From: Camelus dromedarius
Taxonomy: Eukaryota
Length of the DNA stretch: 64,000 bases
Direction of reading: 5' to 3'
NCBI RefSeq assembly: GCF_036321535.1
Contig: NC_087436.1
Coordinates: 29,204,001 to 29,268,000 of the forward strand
This document shows, piece by piece, positions 52,341 through 64,000 of the stretch. Made by a program: the position numbers and the translations under genes. Each line of letters opens with the position of its first letter. Positions within the stretch are counted from its first letter, which is position 1. Under the pieces are notes generated by a model, which worked only from the letters and a program-made list of their open reading frames with translations, was not told the DNA's origin and did no database searches.

Positions 52341-53109
52341 CTGTAACATTATTGTGTTGAGACAGCTGGACTCTAGTATGTATTCCAGTTCCAAAGGCTT
52401 TGACTTCTTAAGAGTTACTTCTGTTACAAGAAATTCAAAATCACCCTCTTGGTATTCTATCTTAAGCAAAGTCAGAGAATTCTTTTTTACAGTTTTCGGT
52501 TTTCAGAAAAGTCTTTCTTTCCCGATTATTACTTAAAGACTGTCAAATCTGGTTTGGCGGGTAGCTGCCAATGGCTCCTCTTACTCCCTCAGGCCTGTAG
52601 ATTTGAATTCATTCAGGGCAGCGTGATTTCTTGACTTGGGTTATGTTCTCCGTATCTTCTTTTGTTCTTTCCATTTTGAAGATCACACACCTTCTTAAAG
52701 AAGATAGAATAAAAGACCATTTGTGTACTTATCCAGCTACTTTCCCTACTTCTAAAATGACACGAATTTTTATAGATGACAGACAAACATATTCCATTTT
52801 CATCCTGATTCAAAGAGTTTGGTAGTTTTTGGGCTTTTTTTTAAGCATTATTTACCATGTTATCTGACATTATTCTATAGGTCTGTATTAAACTTTTATA
52901 TTTTTTATTAATGCTACAAACTTTTTTTCCCCATTATTTTGGCTTTTTTAAAAAATTTGAGCTAAATAGCTTTCAAAGATTATTACACAGAGGAGGTCTT
53001 TGATCTTCTTAGAAGTAGTGCTAAGAGATGATAAAAGTGTATGTTTTGACTTTGTTTCATATTTGGAGATACTGTTTCACACCTTTCCCGTTGCCATCTA
53101 GCAGGCGTG

Positions 53110-53265
53110 TTATTAATACTATTTATGTGCCTGCTTTCTTGTAAAGTCCTTAGAAACTTTTTGTACTCATTATGTCTTAAATCCCAAAGACCACAGTAGA
53201 TGGGACACATTGTTCTCATCTTATAATCAGACAGATTGAGACATAGAAAAATAAGTGATCTTTAT
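53110..53265 (-). mobile_element. MIR
   Basis: ttctcatcttata...gattgagacatagaaaaataagtga. Confidence 0.5.
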
Positions 53266-54029
53266 AACCCCTTAGCTTTTGGGGTTATTTCAACATTTTC
53301 AGAACAAGGGAAAAAACTATTAGTAATGACTTCTTAAATATATTAAATTGAGGATATGTACAGTATTGTGTTGCTCTGAAGCTCACTATTTGAACTCAAC
53401 TATAATATGAAAGTAGAAGGGAAAATAAAAACAAACAAACAGAGGGACCTTGAGAACCAAGGCTAACTTGGTCATTTCCTTGATGTTTTGTAATGTGAAC
53501 TACAGACTCTATCAAAGAGGGCTATTAAGTTTTCTGCCCTTTAAAAGTCATTTACAATGTCAATACTGTGATTTTTGTTTTAGAATTTCCAAAATAGGAC
53601 TTTCTGGAACTATTTTTTTAACAACTAAAAGTCTTAAAAAGGCCTTTTGGAAAAACTGTATGTAATGTGCAGTTACACAGTTCCTTTCTAAGTTCTGTGA
53701 CACATTTCGAAAATGTTAATGTTACTACCCTAATAATGAATGGTTTGTTTAAAAGAAAAACATGAAAATAAATGCTCACCTATAGAAGATTATCTAATAA
53801 ATGAGCTCACATGGATTTTCATCTCCTTTTATCTTGTTTGTACAATGAGATACTAACTGAAGTACCAAATGTCCCTTCACTCAATGGGGGAACCCTTGCA
53901 TTTAATTACATTGGTTATAATGCTGTTACCTGGAGTGCTCTCATGTTTGCTTTACATCTACATACATTTTCTCCTTTTCTGGATACAATAACTGTATTCC
54001 TGAGTAGAAGCTACTTCATTATTCCATGA

Positions 54030-54293
54030 AGTGGAAAAAGTACACATGAATCTGTTTACATAATGTTCATAACCAGGCAAAGTATTTTTCTGTTAAAAGT
54101 CAAAGGACCAATTGATGGCATTTGGGTTAAACATATCTGAGAGATGAAGACAGGGGGACTTCGGCACTGCCACTAATTTTCTATTTGTAATCTGGATGCT
54201 TCTTTACGCTTTGTGAAATTCATTGATCTGTACATTTATGATTTAGAGTGTTTCACATGTATTTATATATTATTTGAAACTTTATTTTTGAAA
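54030..54293 (+). mobile_element. L1ME-like 3' end
   Basis: ctttgtgaaattcattgatctgtacatttatgattt. Confidence 0.6.
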
Positions 54294-54299
54294 GAGTTC

Positions 54300-55900
54300 A
54301 ATATATTAGCTATAGCTGAAAAGGAGAGAATTAAACCCTCAATGAAGAAGATCAAGGGAAGATTATCTAGAAGTACAGTTAACACAACAAAAGGGATTTA
54401 AACAGGGGTGATGTAATTGTTAACTACTCTCCGTATGTGAAAGAGACAATTCTGCCACTACAGACAAGTCTAACAGAGTTTGTAATGTGCCTCTTCTGAG
54501 TTCAAAACCTTCAAGTCACAGTCAAAAGAGCCAGACATATAGATACACGATTTACAATGGTTCAGCAAGATTTTTTTGACTTTATGATGGTGTGAAAGCA
54601 GTATACGTCCAGTAGATGCTGTGCTTCAGATTTTGAATTTTGATCTTTTAGGGCTTAGTGATAAGCTGTATGGGACACTCCCTCCCTCTCTCTCTCTCTC
54701 ATGATGCTGGGCAGTGGCAACAAGCCACAGGTCCCAGTTAACCAAGTGATCACAAGCGTAAACAACCAGTACACTGACAACCATTCTGCACCCAGACAGC
54801 CATTCTATTTTTCACTTTCAGTGCAGTATTCATTACATTACATGAGCTATTCAGCACTTTATTATAAAATAGGTTTTGTGTTAGATGATTTTGCCCAACT
54901 GTGGGCTAACGTGTTCTGAGCACACTTAAGGCAGGTTACATGTATTAACTGTATTTTTGACTTAATGATATTTTCAACTTACGATGAGTTTATCAGGATA
55001 TAACCCCATTGTAAGTCCCGAAAGATCCATATAAAAGTCTGGCTTATATTTGGGGATTAGTCAGGTGACCGGTCCAACTTAAGATTGCTTTAAACTTGGT
55101 TTCTTATTGAAACAACAAACAAGAAATACAAAGGCTGTATGAGATGAAAAGTAATAAGGAGTGTCTGCCGGATCTTAGTAGAGTTCTGATTCCTCATGGA
55201 ATTGTGCTAAAAATTAGTTGATCTTAACAGCCTCTTGGGAGTGAAAAGCCCCAAAACACCAGCCCCCTGCATTTTTACTTTCTAGACTGGAGACTACATT
55301 CCACATGGATATTCTTGTTATGTGTCAATTACCGAGTTCAGATTTCTCCCTCCAGGTACCCTGGGGCTATTGAAAGCTGGCCATAGTCTACTGTCTGGTT
55401 TCCAAACCCCTACCAAAACTTCTGGTGCCAATTTAGTGTCACAAGACTTGGGGCAGCTGAATCTTCTAACTCACCAGGGACTAAAAGGAAGATAACTTTC
55501 TGAACCTAGACAGTTACATGTTTTTATTTATCTGTTAGACCATGAAAATTAAAAGCTGTTGTTGCCCAGAAGGTGACAGAAGATGCACTTTCACCCACAT
55601 TGGAGGGCTCTAAGGAGGTCTCTGTTCAAGTCAATTTTTGCATTAATCATTTCCGGGAGTTGTTAGTGGTCTTGAGGGAAAAAATAATATGAAGATGCAA
55701 GGAAAATATCCAGTCTAATGGTGCAGAAGCTAAGTGCTGAAAAATAACAGGGATAAAAGTTGCTGAGAAAATATTTTCTTAGGAGAAACTGCAGTTTGGG
55801 AACTCAAAATGCTGAATTTGAGATGGATGTTTTAATTATACAGACTCTTGATTTCTGATTCTGTCATTTGGAGGTGAAAGCAGAGAGATGACTATAATTT
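54300..55900 (+). pseudogene. candidate large fossil coding block interrupted by the Tigger element
   Basis: SVCERDNSATTDKSNRVCNVPLLSSKPSSHSQKSQT(Y|KSLAYIWG after removing the element); AVVAQKVTEDALSPTLEGSKEVSVQ at about 55555-55630. Confidence 0.28.
54540..55029 (-). mobile_element. Tigger5/MER47-family DNA transposon
   Basis: gtgttagatgattttgcccaactgtgggctaa...ttttcaacttacgatg...taaccccattgtaagtc; decayed TIRs; TA TSD at 54538-39 and 55030-31. Confidence 0.9.
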
Positions 55901-58900
55901 ACATCAAAGGGTTACTCTCCTAAATTAATCTGGCTAATTATTGTTTCCCAGTATTTCTGTGAATGTACAAAATTCACAGTAATATCTAATGTGTTAACTC
56001 CATTAGTAAGAAAATCATCACTGTTAAATTATTTCAGTGTTATCAGATGCTGCCAATAAGAAGTCAGTTTTGATGGCGCACAGTATTGTAATAAAAGCAG
56101 TGCTCCTACCACATTATGAAACTTGTAACAAATAAATGCATTTGGAATTGGTTGTGTTATATACATAATGTATTACTGCAACTAAAAAAAAGTGGCAATA
56201 TTATAGTAACTGACATATAAGTTGTCCTTGACAACTTCACAATTATTTATGTCTTCACAGTTGAACTACCAAACTAAATTTCAAAAATACTGATATTTAT
56301 TTTTTTAATATTCTAAATAACAGTATACAGTTCTCTCTTTGCTATCCTGCATCAATTTGACTTTAGAAATATTTGTGCATTTAAAGAATTACTTGGTAAA
56401 TCAACCTAAGTTTTCTACAATGTTATTTAACTTTTTCTGTTAATGAGTTTTCTATATGCTGTTATATGTTGTTAAAATCAGGCCTCAGAAATATTTTATC
56501 AAGTTATTTAACACATGAAGCCTCAAAAACCCCAGGTTGTCAAATTGAAGATGTTTAAAATAAAACTTGGATATCGAAGGACAGTAACATTTATCCCAGT
56601 AAAAGCAAAGTAGAAAATCAAGATTAGTTTACTCAATTTAGTAACTGGATAATTAAATCAAAGAGCTTGTATATTAGGTTAAACTTTGAAATTCTAGAAT
56701 TGTGATTTGAAATAACTCAAGCTGAGTCAAGACATTTTTGGATTTGATTATTATTTAAATGGGATATATTTGTACTTTTTTTTCTGAAAGAAAATGAAAA
56801 TGGGAAAGCCTATAATTGTGTAGAATCTTAATTTGGGGAAGCAGTCAAAAGAACACAAAAGGGAAACAAAATATTTAGTGAGCTTTGTTTTGTATAGTAT
56901 TTGTAGAAGTAAAGTAGTGATAGTAGAAACCAAAACTACTGATAAAACTATTTAGGCTTACGTGTTTGTATGTTTTAATAAGGAAAAACAGAACCGGGAG
57001 GATCCAGTTACACAGAATTGCAGCTGAGCTCGCCAGCTTCCTCAGCTCTGGCAGTCAGTATTCCTCATGTAAAAATGTTGCATATATAGAAAGTAATCAA
57101 ATCAAGAGATACAAAATTTCAAATGTATTATAAAATATATAGGAAAAATTTTATAAAAATATGTTTTTATAAAATTAGCCAAATATGTCAATTTTCTTTA
57201 AATAAAAGGATTTTGTGGGAAAATATCAGTGATAGTGATAAAGTATTAGAAGCAGATATGAATAAAAAAACTGAAATTTATGGTTTGCCCATACATCCAT
57301 CTTGTCCAAGACATGCTGTAGTAAGGAACATTTGTTGCTGTAATCATTAATATCCTGTTGCACCCTCAAAATTGTCCCTAGTTGACGGTAAATTATATTT
57401 TCACCTTAAACATATGTAATGTGTATTCTGCAGATCTTATGTTTAATCATTAATAAGAATATTTTAAAAATTGCCTTTAACTGTGTCTGGCTACAGAGCT
57501 TTTAATCGTTTTAGAAAGAATATAAATTTAACAAAGTAGACATTTTGCAGCTCTTTTCAATACAAAAGTGTGGAGTTTAGGCAGTAAATAATACACCCCA
57601 CTTTCTTTCTGATAAGCATCAAAGTAAATAGTTTATTCATGACTAAAGCAGGGGAAAAAATAACCAAATAAACTACTAGTATTTAGGGATGTGCTGATTA
57701 GAAAAATTGTATAAACCAGTGTTCCTGCTTTCTGTATAAATTTTAGAAAGAATGTTATTCCAAGATATTAAGTACTACATAACAATTCAATTTTAGTATA
57801 CACAGAAAGCCTTAAAAACCGATGATATATCCTTATAAACCTTACAGATCTTTAATGGACTAAGTTTTGAGATTCACAACAATTTAGCTTAAAGGATATT
57901 TCAGTTATGAATTATAAAAAGGCACTTAGAATTAACATAAATGAAAAGAAGTCAGTGGCAAAAATACAGATTTTATTGTTTGTATCAGATTTATGTGTTT
58001 GTGACGTTTATGTATGTTATTATTTATAAGGATTTTAATAAAGTAGTTCTATTAAGATACCACACACTCTTCCAGAGTTATTAATTGAATGATGGTTTCT
58101 CATACTGTGTCTCAAGGAAACTTGTGTTTTTTTTAGTTTGATTAAATAAAGAAGAATTACTTCTATAGATTTTTAAAGTTCATGGTAATTTGAAAAGATT
58201 GTTTGATTTAACTCTAAAATTAGTGAGTGTGTCTTGATAAATGCCTGGTGCACTCAGCAGTGAAGTAGAAAGCAGGCTCCATTTATTTGTTTTCCCAGCC
58301 AGCTCTCAAAGCACCACTACTATTCTGAAGTCTAATTTGTATGTGTAATTGCACACGCATATGTATGCTCTTTCACACGCCTCTTTTTAACAGAAACATC
58401 TACAAGGTCGTATTTTATTCATTATCAAAAAGAGAACTACTAAGTTACTGGAAGTTGATGGAAAATGTTTCATAATGCTTTAGTCACATTTTTATAGTCT
58501 AAAAGATGGAGAATTAGTATTTGTCCTTTTTAATATAATCAGCTAAAATTTATAAAGGGCACATTTTCATTTTGGTATTTATGAATAGAGAAGAGACTAT
58601 TTAGAACACTATTCCTCAATAATGCATTTAGTACTGTGTAAGGCATAGTGAAAGAAAGATGAGGAAGGGAGGCAGGAGATATTTAGGCTAAACTAACATG
58701 AAAAATCAAGGCTTTGTAAAAAAATTAAATAAATTCCTGCCTGTAGATATACCAGCAGTACCTGTGGTGTAGACACATAACAAATGTTTCAAAAATGCCT
58801 TTACCTTCTAAATTATATGCACTTAAATAATATGCAAACCTATTATTAAATGACTTCTCCAGCACATATGTAGTAGTAGGTGATGGAAAATAACTGAATA

Positions 58901-59029
58901 CTTCAGAAATGACAAATCATGTTTTTGGTTGTTTTGGGCAAATGAAAATGTTGCTACATTTAGAATTTTAGTCCGTAAACTTGGATGTGGGAAAAAAACA
59001 TATTGTATTACTTTCAAATTAAATGAAAT

Positions 59030-59086
59030 TATGTACACTAGAAATTGACACAACATTGTAAACTGACTATACTTCAATTTAAAAAA
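59030..59086 (+). mobile_element. very short camelid-type L1 3' tail
   Basis: tgtacactagaaattgacacaacattgtaaactgactatacttcaatttaaaaaa; same family as 24497-24683. Confidence 0.8.
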
Positions 59087-59249
59087 GTTATGAAGACCTT
59101 ACAAATAGGCTGAGGGAATGTCTAATTTTATTAAATATTCAGGTACTATTTCTTACCAATTCAGTTACTACTGCAGTGACAGTGTTCAAAACTGACCCAG
59201 TCCATTGAAGTTCAAAAACCTCCCAAGAAAGAGAAGCCCAAGACCAAGT

Positions 59250-59421
59250 GTGGAGGTAGAAGGGGAAGGAGAGAGGGATTACCAAGTGATACGATGATGT
59301 ATCCAATAATGCGCACTGCCTTCATTGTGTTGATGGTTTCATGGCTGTATACATATGTTAAAACAGTTATTTGCACTCTTTAAATGTGTGCAGTTTTATA
59401 TCAATTATAACACAAAATAAA
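59250..59421 (+). mobile_element. L1M 3' end fragment
   Basis: ttgtgttgatggtttcatggctgtatacatatgttaaaac...taaatgtgtgcagttt. Confidence 0.7.
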
Positions 59422-59429
59422 TACGTGGA

Positions 59430-60750
59430 GCGGCATAGGAGAAAGGACCATATACATCTTTTTGATGAATGTTGCTGCAATGTTGAGCCAATAAATGGTG
59501 CATAGCTATTAGGGGGAATTCTGGGAAAGGGAGGTTCAGTTAAGACAGGAGGAATTTACTTTTTTATGCTGAAGGGAATTATACAGTTGAGTATGAAAAA
59601 AAAATTTAAAGCACAGTCAAAGGACCAGTGGAATCTTACTGGAATGACATCCTTGACATGGAGAAAGGGTATGGAATCTAGTAAATACACAGGTAACTTA
59701 AAAGATGAATCAAGAAGGCAAAATATGTGACTAGATTGTCAGTTTGTGGGAAAATTCATTCTGATTACATCAGTTTCCTCAGAGAATTCAAAAGCAAGGT
59801 TATTGGAAAAGAATGAGGATTGGAAGGAAGTTCAGGGGTGAAGGATAAAGAAAACCTGGAGGAAATGTTGAAGATGGGAGAGTCAGTAGACTAGTAAAGT
59901 ACAGTATGATTGCATGGTGGCTTTTTTGACTCACTGCACTCACTTTATCTTTAAGTGGTAGCAATTGTTGGGGTATGTTATTCTCTAGCCACATTTTCCT
60001 GCATTGGTACAGGTTCCAAGTAGGGAGCTGGAAAGCGAAAATATCAAAGAGCTATCAAATATTAAAGAAAATCAAAGTTGATTAGCCCAAATGCATTGGA
60101 AGTCCTGGTGGAGCTGAAGGATCATTGGAGTCAAGATACAAGTGAGCTGGAAAGACAGGTTATTGAATGCATGAAGGTGAGACTATGGATGGGTCGTAAC
60201 CGTTACTATATCTTCTTTCACGTATTTGGATGTCTCTTCAACAAGTCCTCGGTTTCTCTTTAGTCTCCAATCCTTCCAGTTCCTCCCACAAATGACAACT
60301 AATTTACTTTAAATAATATATCATTATACAATAATTCTTGTTCAAAAACCTTGTTTTCTTTTTCTTTTTTTAAGCACCGTTCATCTAGTCACTTCCATAT
60401 ATGCAACCATTACTTTAGAAAATTGGAGTATTTGCTTATTTTTAGGCTCACTGTCATAGTTCTACCATTTCTGTCTTCTTTGCATAGATATAATATCTAT
60501 TAGTTCAACACCAAAATCAACATATTTCACTTTTAAGTATAATTCCTGCCCCCTGCATTGTCTCTTATTTTCTCAAGACTCTTAATATCAAAACATTGCT
60601 AGATTATCTTTCCCATGTGATACTTTGTAAATATTCATCAGTACTTTTTTTATTCTTAAACTATATTGTTAACATAAGTGTATCTTAAGTCCCAGAAAAA
60701 CCTAATTCTCTATGCCAATAGAGAGATCTTCAATGATTGCTTACTAAGTT
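59430..60750. mobile_element. L2 fragments (minus then plus orientation)
   Basis: Purine-rich L2 ORF-like block to about 60200, then pyrimidine-rich L2 3' region. Confidence 0.5.
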
Positions 60751-62205
60751 ACAGCATACTAGAAAAACTCTAAAAGTAAAACTGAGAAAATACTCTACTG
60801 ACTTCTAACTTTACTAGAACTTTTCTCTGCTTTGAGTATAGTCCATGCTTCATTGTTATTTTGATTGTGATTAATCATAAGGTGCATTATGAGGATGTCA
60901 ACTTGTCAACTGGCTAAAGCTAAGTAACTTCCTTTTTTAGATGGGGTATGGAGAATAATTCATTAATAAAAGAAATGAGAAGTGACAAGTGCTTCCTCCC
61001 ACCATTGCTGCTCATTTATTTATTTGGAGTATACAAATCACTTTCATCCTTCATATTTTGTACTAAATTCTAACAGTGACTACTCAGGGAACCAGTAAAT
61101 AATAATGTTTCCTGTACAAACAAGCTGATTTACTATTATTCAGCATGGAGAAGTTTTGACACTTCTTTTTATTATTATTATTTGAATGCTTATTTGGACA
61201 TAACCTGAAAAAATTTAGCAGCAGGCATGTACACATTTTACAACTCATATTGATGGTGATATACCTCTTATTTGAGTTTTAGACTAACTCATATTCCTGA
61301 TTACCTATTTTCACTTTTATTCTTATTTACTGCCCTGTACACTGTACTTATCCATATATTTTCCCCTTCTTTTTCCTTCAATTTTCTAAACCAACTCTAC
61401 TCTCCTTCAAAACTTGTGCCCTTTTAAGACATTGTCATTAACCTCAGATATGGAACTTTGTCAAAAATGATGTCTAGAATAGAAACAACTTTGTCATTTC
61501 ATTAGAAAATGTGCAATTGTGTTCTGAAACTTTTCTTATTTTTATCTTCAAGGTTATTTTATCTTTGAGGGGGTTATAAATGCTTTTTCTTTTGGATGAA
61601 ATTGTACATTTTCTTCTGCAAGGAATTTCAACTTTGAGCTATGTGGTTAGGTTGATAATTCTCTACATCAGACAAATGGCATTAATCACAGTATAATTAG
61701 GAGGTTGTAAAAGCTTGAAATTGATGAGGATTTTTCAGAAGCCTTTAGACATTATATCTATCATCTTCTCTCATCATACCATTATATTTCCCTGTTATTG
61801 TGATCATATCATTTCTGCTTACTGGTAGAAACTCTCATGTAACTGCTGTGTCCTCATAAATTGAGCTGTTAAAAGGACGGTTTAGTTTGCTCTTTAGAGC
61901 AAGTCAAATGTATTCCAGTCAAAAGGTAGAGTTGCACTTGTTCTATGTGTGTTCTAAACTTTGAGAATCATTTGATATATTGCTTCAAAGATGACAAGAA
62001 AATTAAAATGCTTAACTCCTGCATATGAAATCTGTAGGATGAGATATTTAAAAATAAAAATCAATGAACTGGCACAAAGTAAGAAGCTGGAAGTATCAAT
62101 ATAGATATAGTGTGTGTTGTGTTGAGGAACATATATAAGGTTAAGTAAAACCTCCTTTCTTTAAAAAGTCTGTATTATTTAAAATATATTGGAGGAGACT
62201 TTCAG

Positions 62206-63329
62206 TTAATAGAGTCCACAGATCTATTTGATTTCAATAGAAGGAGCTCTACTTTAAAAAAGCCAGATTATTCAAAGCCCATTTCTTGGATTAAACAAAA
62301 TACTAGCTAATGGGAAGAAAATAACAGTAACTGAACAGTTAGGCCAGGCTTTTAACACTCACAGCCATTCTATGATACTAGAAAATTTTCCAGCTGAGGT
62401 TAAATCTGGGTTTGACTCACCCAGAATCATTGTGCTTCCTCCAGTGTGCTTGGTTTCTGCAGAGCACTGATCCAGCAACATGTAGCAAAGCCTCCTGAGA
62501 ATTCACGTTTAAATGTGTATTCCTCAACCTCACCACCACCGTCTGAATCACGGTCTCTGGAGGAGGGACATGTTTTAATAAGACCCATGGGTGACTCCAG
62601 AGACACAGAGTTTAAATATCCCTGCATCATACTTGCTTCTACAATACTACCTGATTCTGTGTCCAATAGATAAAAGTCCTCAAGTCCTACCTGGTGCAAA
62701 GAGCTTTAAAAAATACTCAGTCATGATCTAATTTTAGGCTGAGTGTGTTGGCCCTGCCAAAATCAGTGGAATAATTGAAAAACAGAACTGAGAAACACTC
62801 TCCCTGGAGAAGCGAAGAGAGTGCAGCATAAATAAAATATCAGCCTGATCAGGGAGACTGTTCTTGTTTACGAGTACACGGGCCTCTCTTGCCAGACATC
62901 ACCTTCAGTTACTGAAGAAGTTTCAATGGAGCCATTCATACGTCAGTGTTGATATTTAAGGAAAAGAAAGCACACGTGCAAGGGTCACAGTCTTAGAAGT
63001 TCATTGTTAGTGACAGCTGTCTCTGTCAGTCAGGTGTGGGTCTGGCTAGGTCCGATGCCATAAACATGTTATCAGAACATGTAAAGGAGGACAGTAAACA
63101 AAATACTGATTTAGGAGAAGCAAGAGAAATAGCTGAGACGGCTCTGTCTTCCTTGAGCCTAGGAATGTTCTTCGTCCAAGTGGTAAAAATATAAGCAAAA
63201 TCCAAGAAGAATAAAGATTTGTGATAAGAGAGTGACATGCCAAATATAATCCCTTTTAGCTCTGCTGTACACAGAGACAGCAAAATATTCAGAAAAAAAT
63301 TGTCAAAAATGAAGAATAATGTAAGCAAG
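62206..63329 (+). pseudogene. candidate large fossil exon
   Basis: tttcag| at 62205, donor at 63321 (gtaagc) or 63330; consecutive stop-poor stretches IESTDLFDFNRRSSTLKKPDYSKPISW / ANGKKITVTEQLGQAFNTHSHSMILENFPAEVKSGFDSPRIIVLPP / SGVGLARSDAINMLSEHVKEDSKQNTDLGEAREIAETALSSL; GC above flanks; no repeat recognised. Confidence 0.4.
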
Positions 63330-64000
63330 GTAGTAGGATTTTTTTAATGGAAATAATAAAAATGCATCTTAATTATATAATTTCTACAAGATGTTAAAAA
63401 CACTAAAATAAAAAAAAATTTCCTGAAAGTATAAACTTCTGCATAGTAGGACAATCACTGATGGCTGTAATGATTCAGTAGGTCCAGAAAAATCTTAGTA
63501 ACTGAAAAATTGCAAAGCAAAGGAGCTGTACACCACAAAGTACAATTTTTTTAAAAATTTGATTTTTCAATATATTTATAGAACTCTGTTCTACCATAGT
63601 TTAATACTAGATGATTTAAATATCATCTGTCATTTTTTTCAATGCTTAAAAATTTCTATATTCATTATCTTTTAAGTGATGAAAATAAATACTTTGATTT
63701 AAGATTAAATCGTACCGATAAAATTCTGGTGTTTTATATATGCACTAACAAGTTTGAGAAAGCAATACTATAAGTAAGAGCACATCATATTTTTAGTTGT
63801 AAACTCAGTCACCAATCCTCATCACTAATATATAATATTTGACAAAAAAACTGGCTTTTAATTACAGTTATGGATGTCTTGTGATTGCAGTAGAATCCCA
63901 GAAAGAAGGAGGCAAAAATAATCTCTTTATTTGGATTCCATCCCACCACGTATCACCTGGCTGCAGGGTCGAATGGGAGAAAAATGCTTTGTAAATGTTA

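Noticed and set aside
62421..62699. Minus-strand exon/ORF with gtgagt donor
   Set aside because: No convincing partner exons on the minus strand; better explained as a shadow of the + strand block.
1..64000. CRISPR arrays, prokaryotic operons or defence systems
   Set aside because: The sequence is mammalian; there are no regularly spaced repeat-spacer arrays or gene-dense ORFs.

Overview
AT-rich mammalian genomic DNA, almost certainly from a camelid: it contains a tRNA-derived Vic-1-type SINE at 11641-11759 and cetartiodactyl-type L1 3' ends and ERV1 LTRs. I see no intact protein-coding gene, RNA gene or CRISPR array. Most ORFs in the track are chance ORFs or transposon remnants. A large part of the window is interspersed repeats: L1, L2, MIR, MaLR and ERV1 solo LTRs, an ERVL gag-pro-pol relic, and the DNA transposons MER3, MER5B, MER102-like and Tigger5/MER47-like. 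Family names are from memory of consensus sequences, and old-element boundaries are approximate. Two features of the unique sequence stand out. (1) A dense cluster of five perfect TCF/LEF (CTTTGAT) sites within 186 bp at 6340-6525 is a candidate Wnt-responsive enhancer. (2) A series of + strand exon-like blocks, bounded by splice consensus and reading as decayed protein sequence, runs across the whole window. These may be the fossil of a large multi-exon gene (unitary pseudogene) or a lncRNA derived from one. This is a hypothesis and I could not identify the gene. Smaller items include a nested MER41-like LTR with STAT-type motifs, a template-switch micro-inversion inside an LTR, an RT-deleted ERVL and a tail-only retro-insertion.
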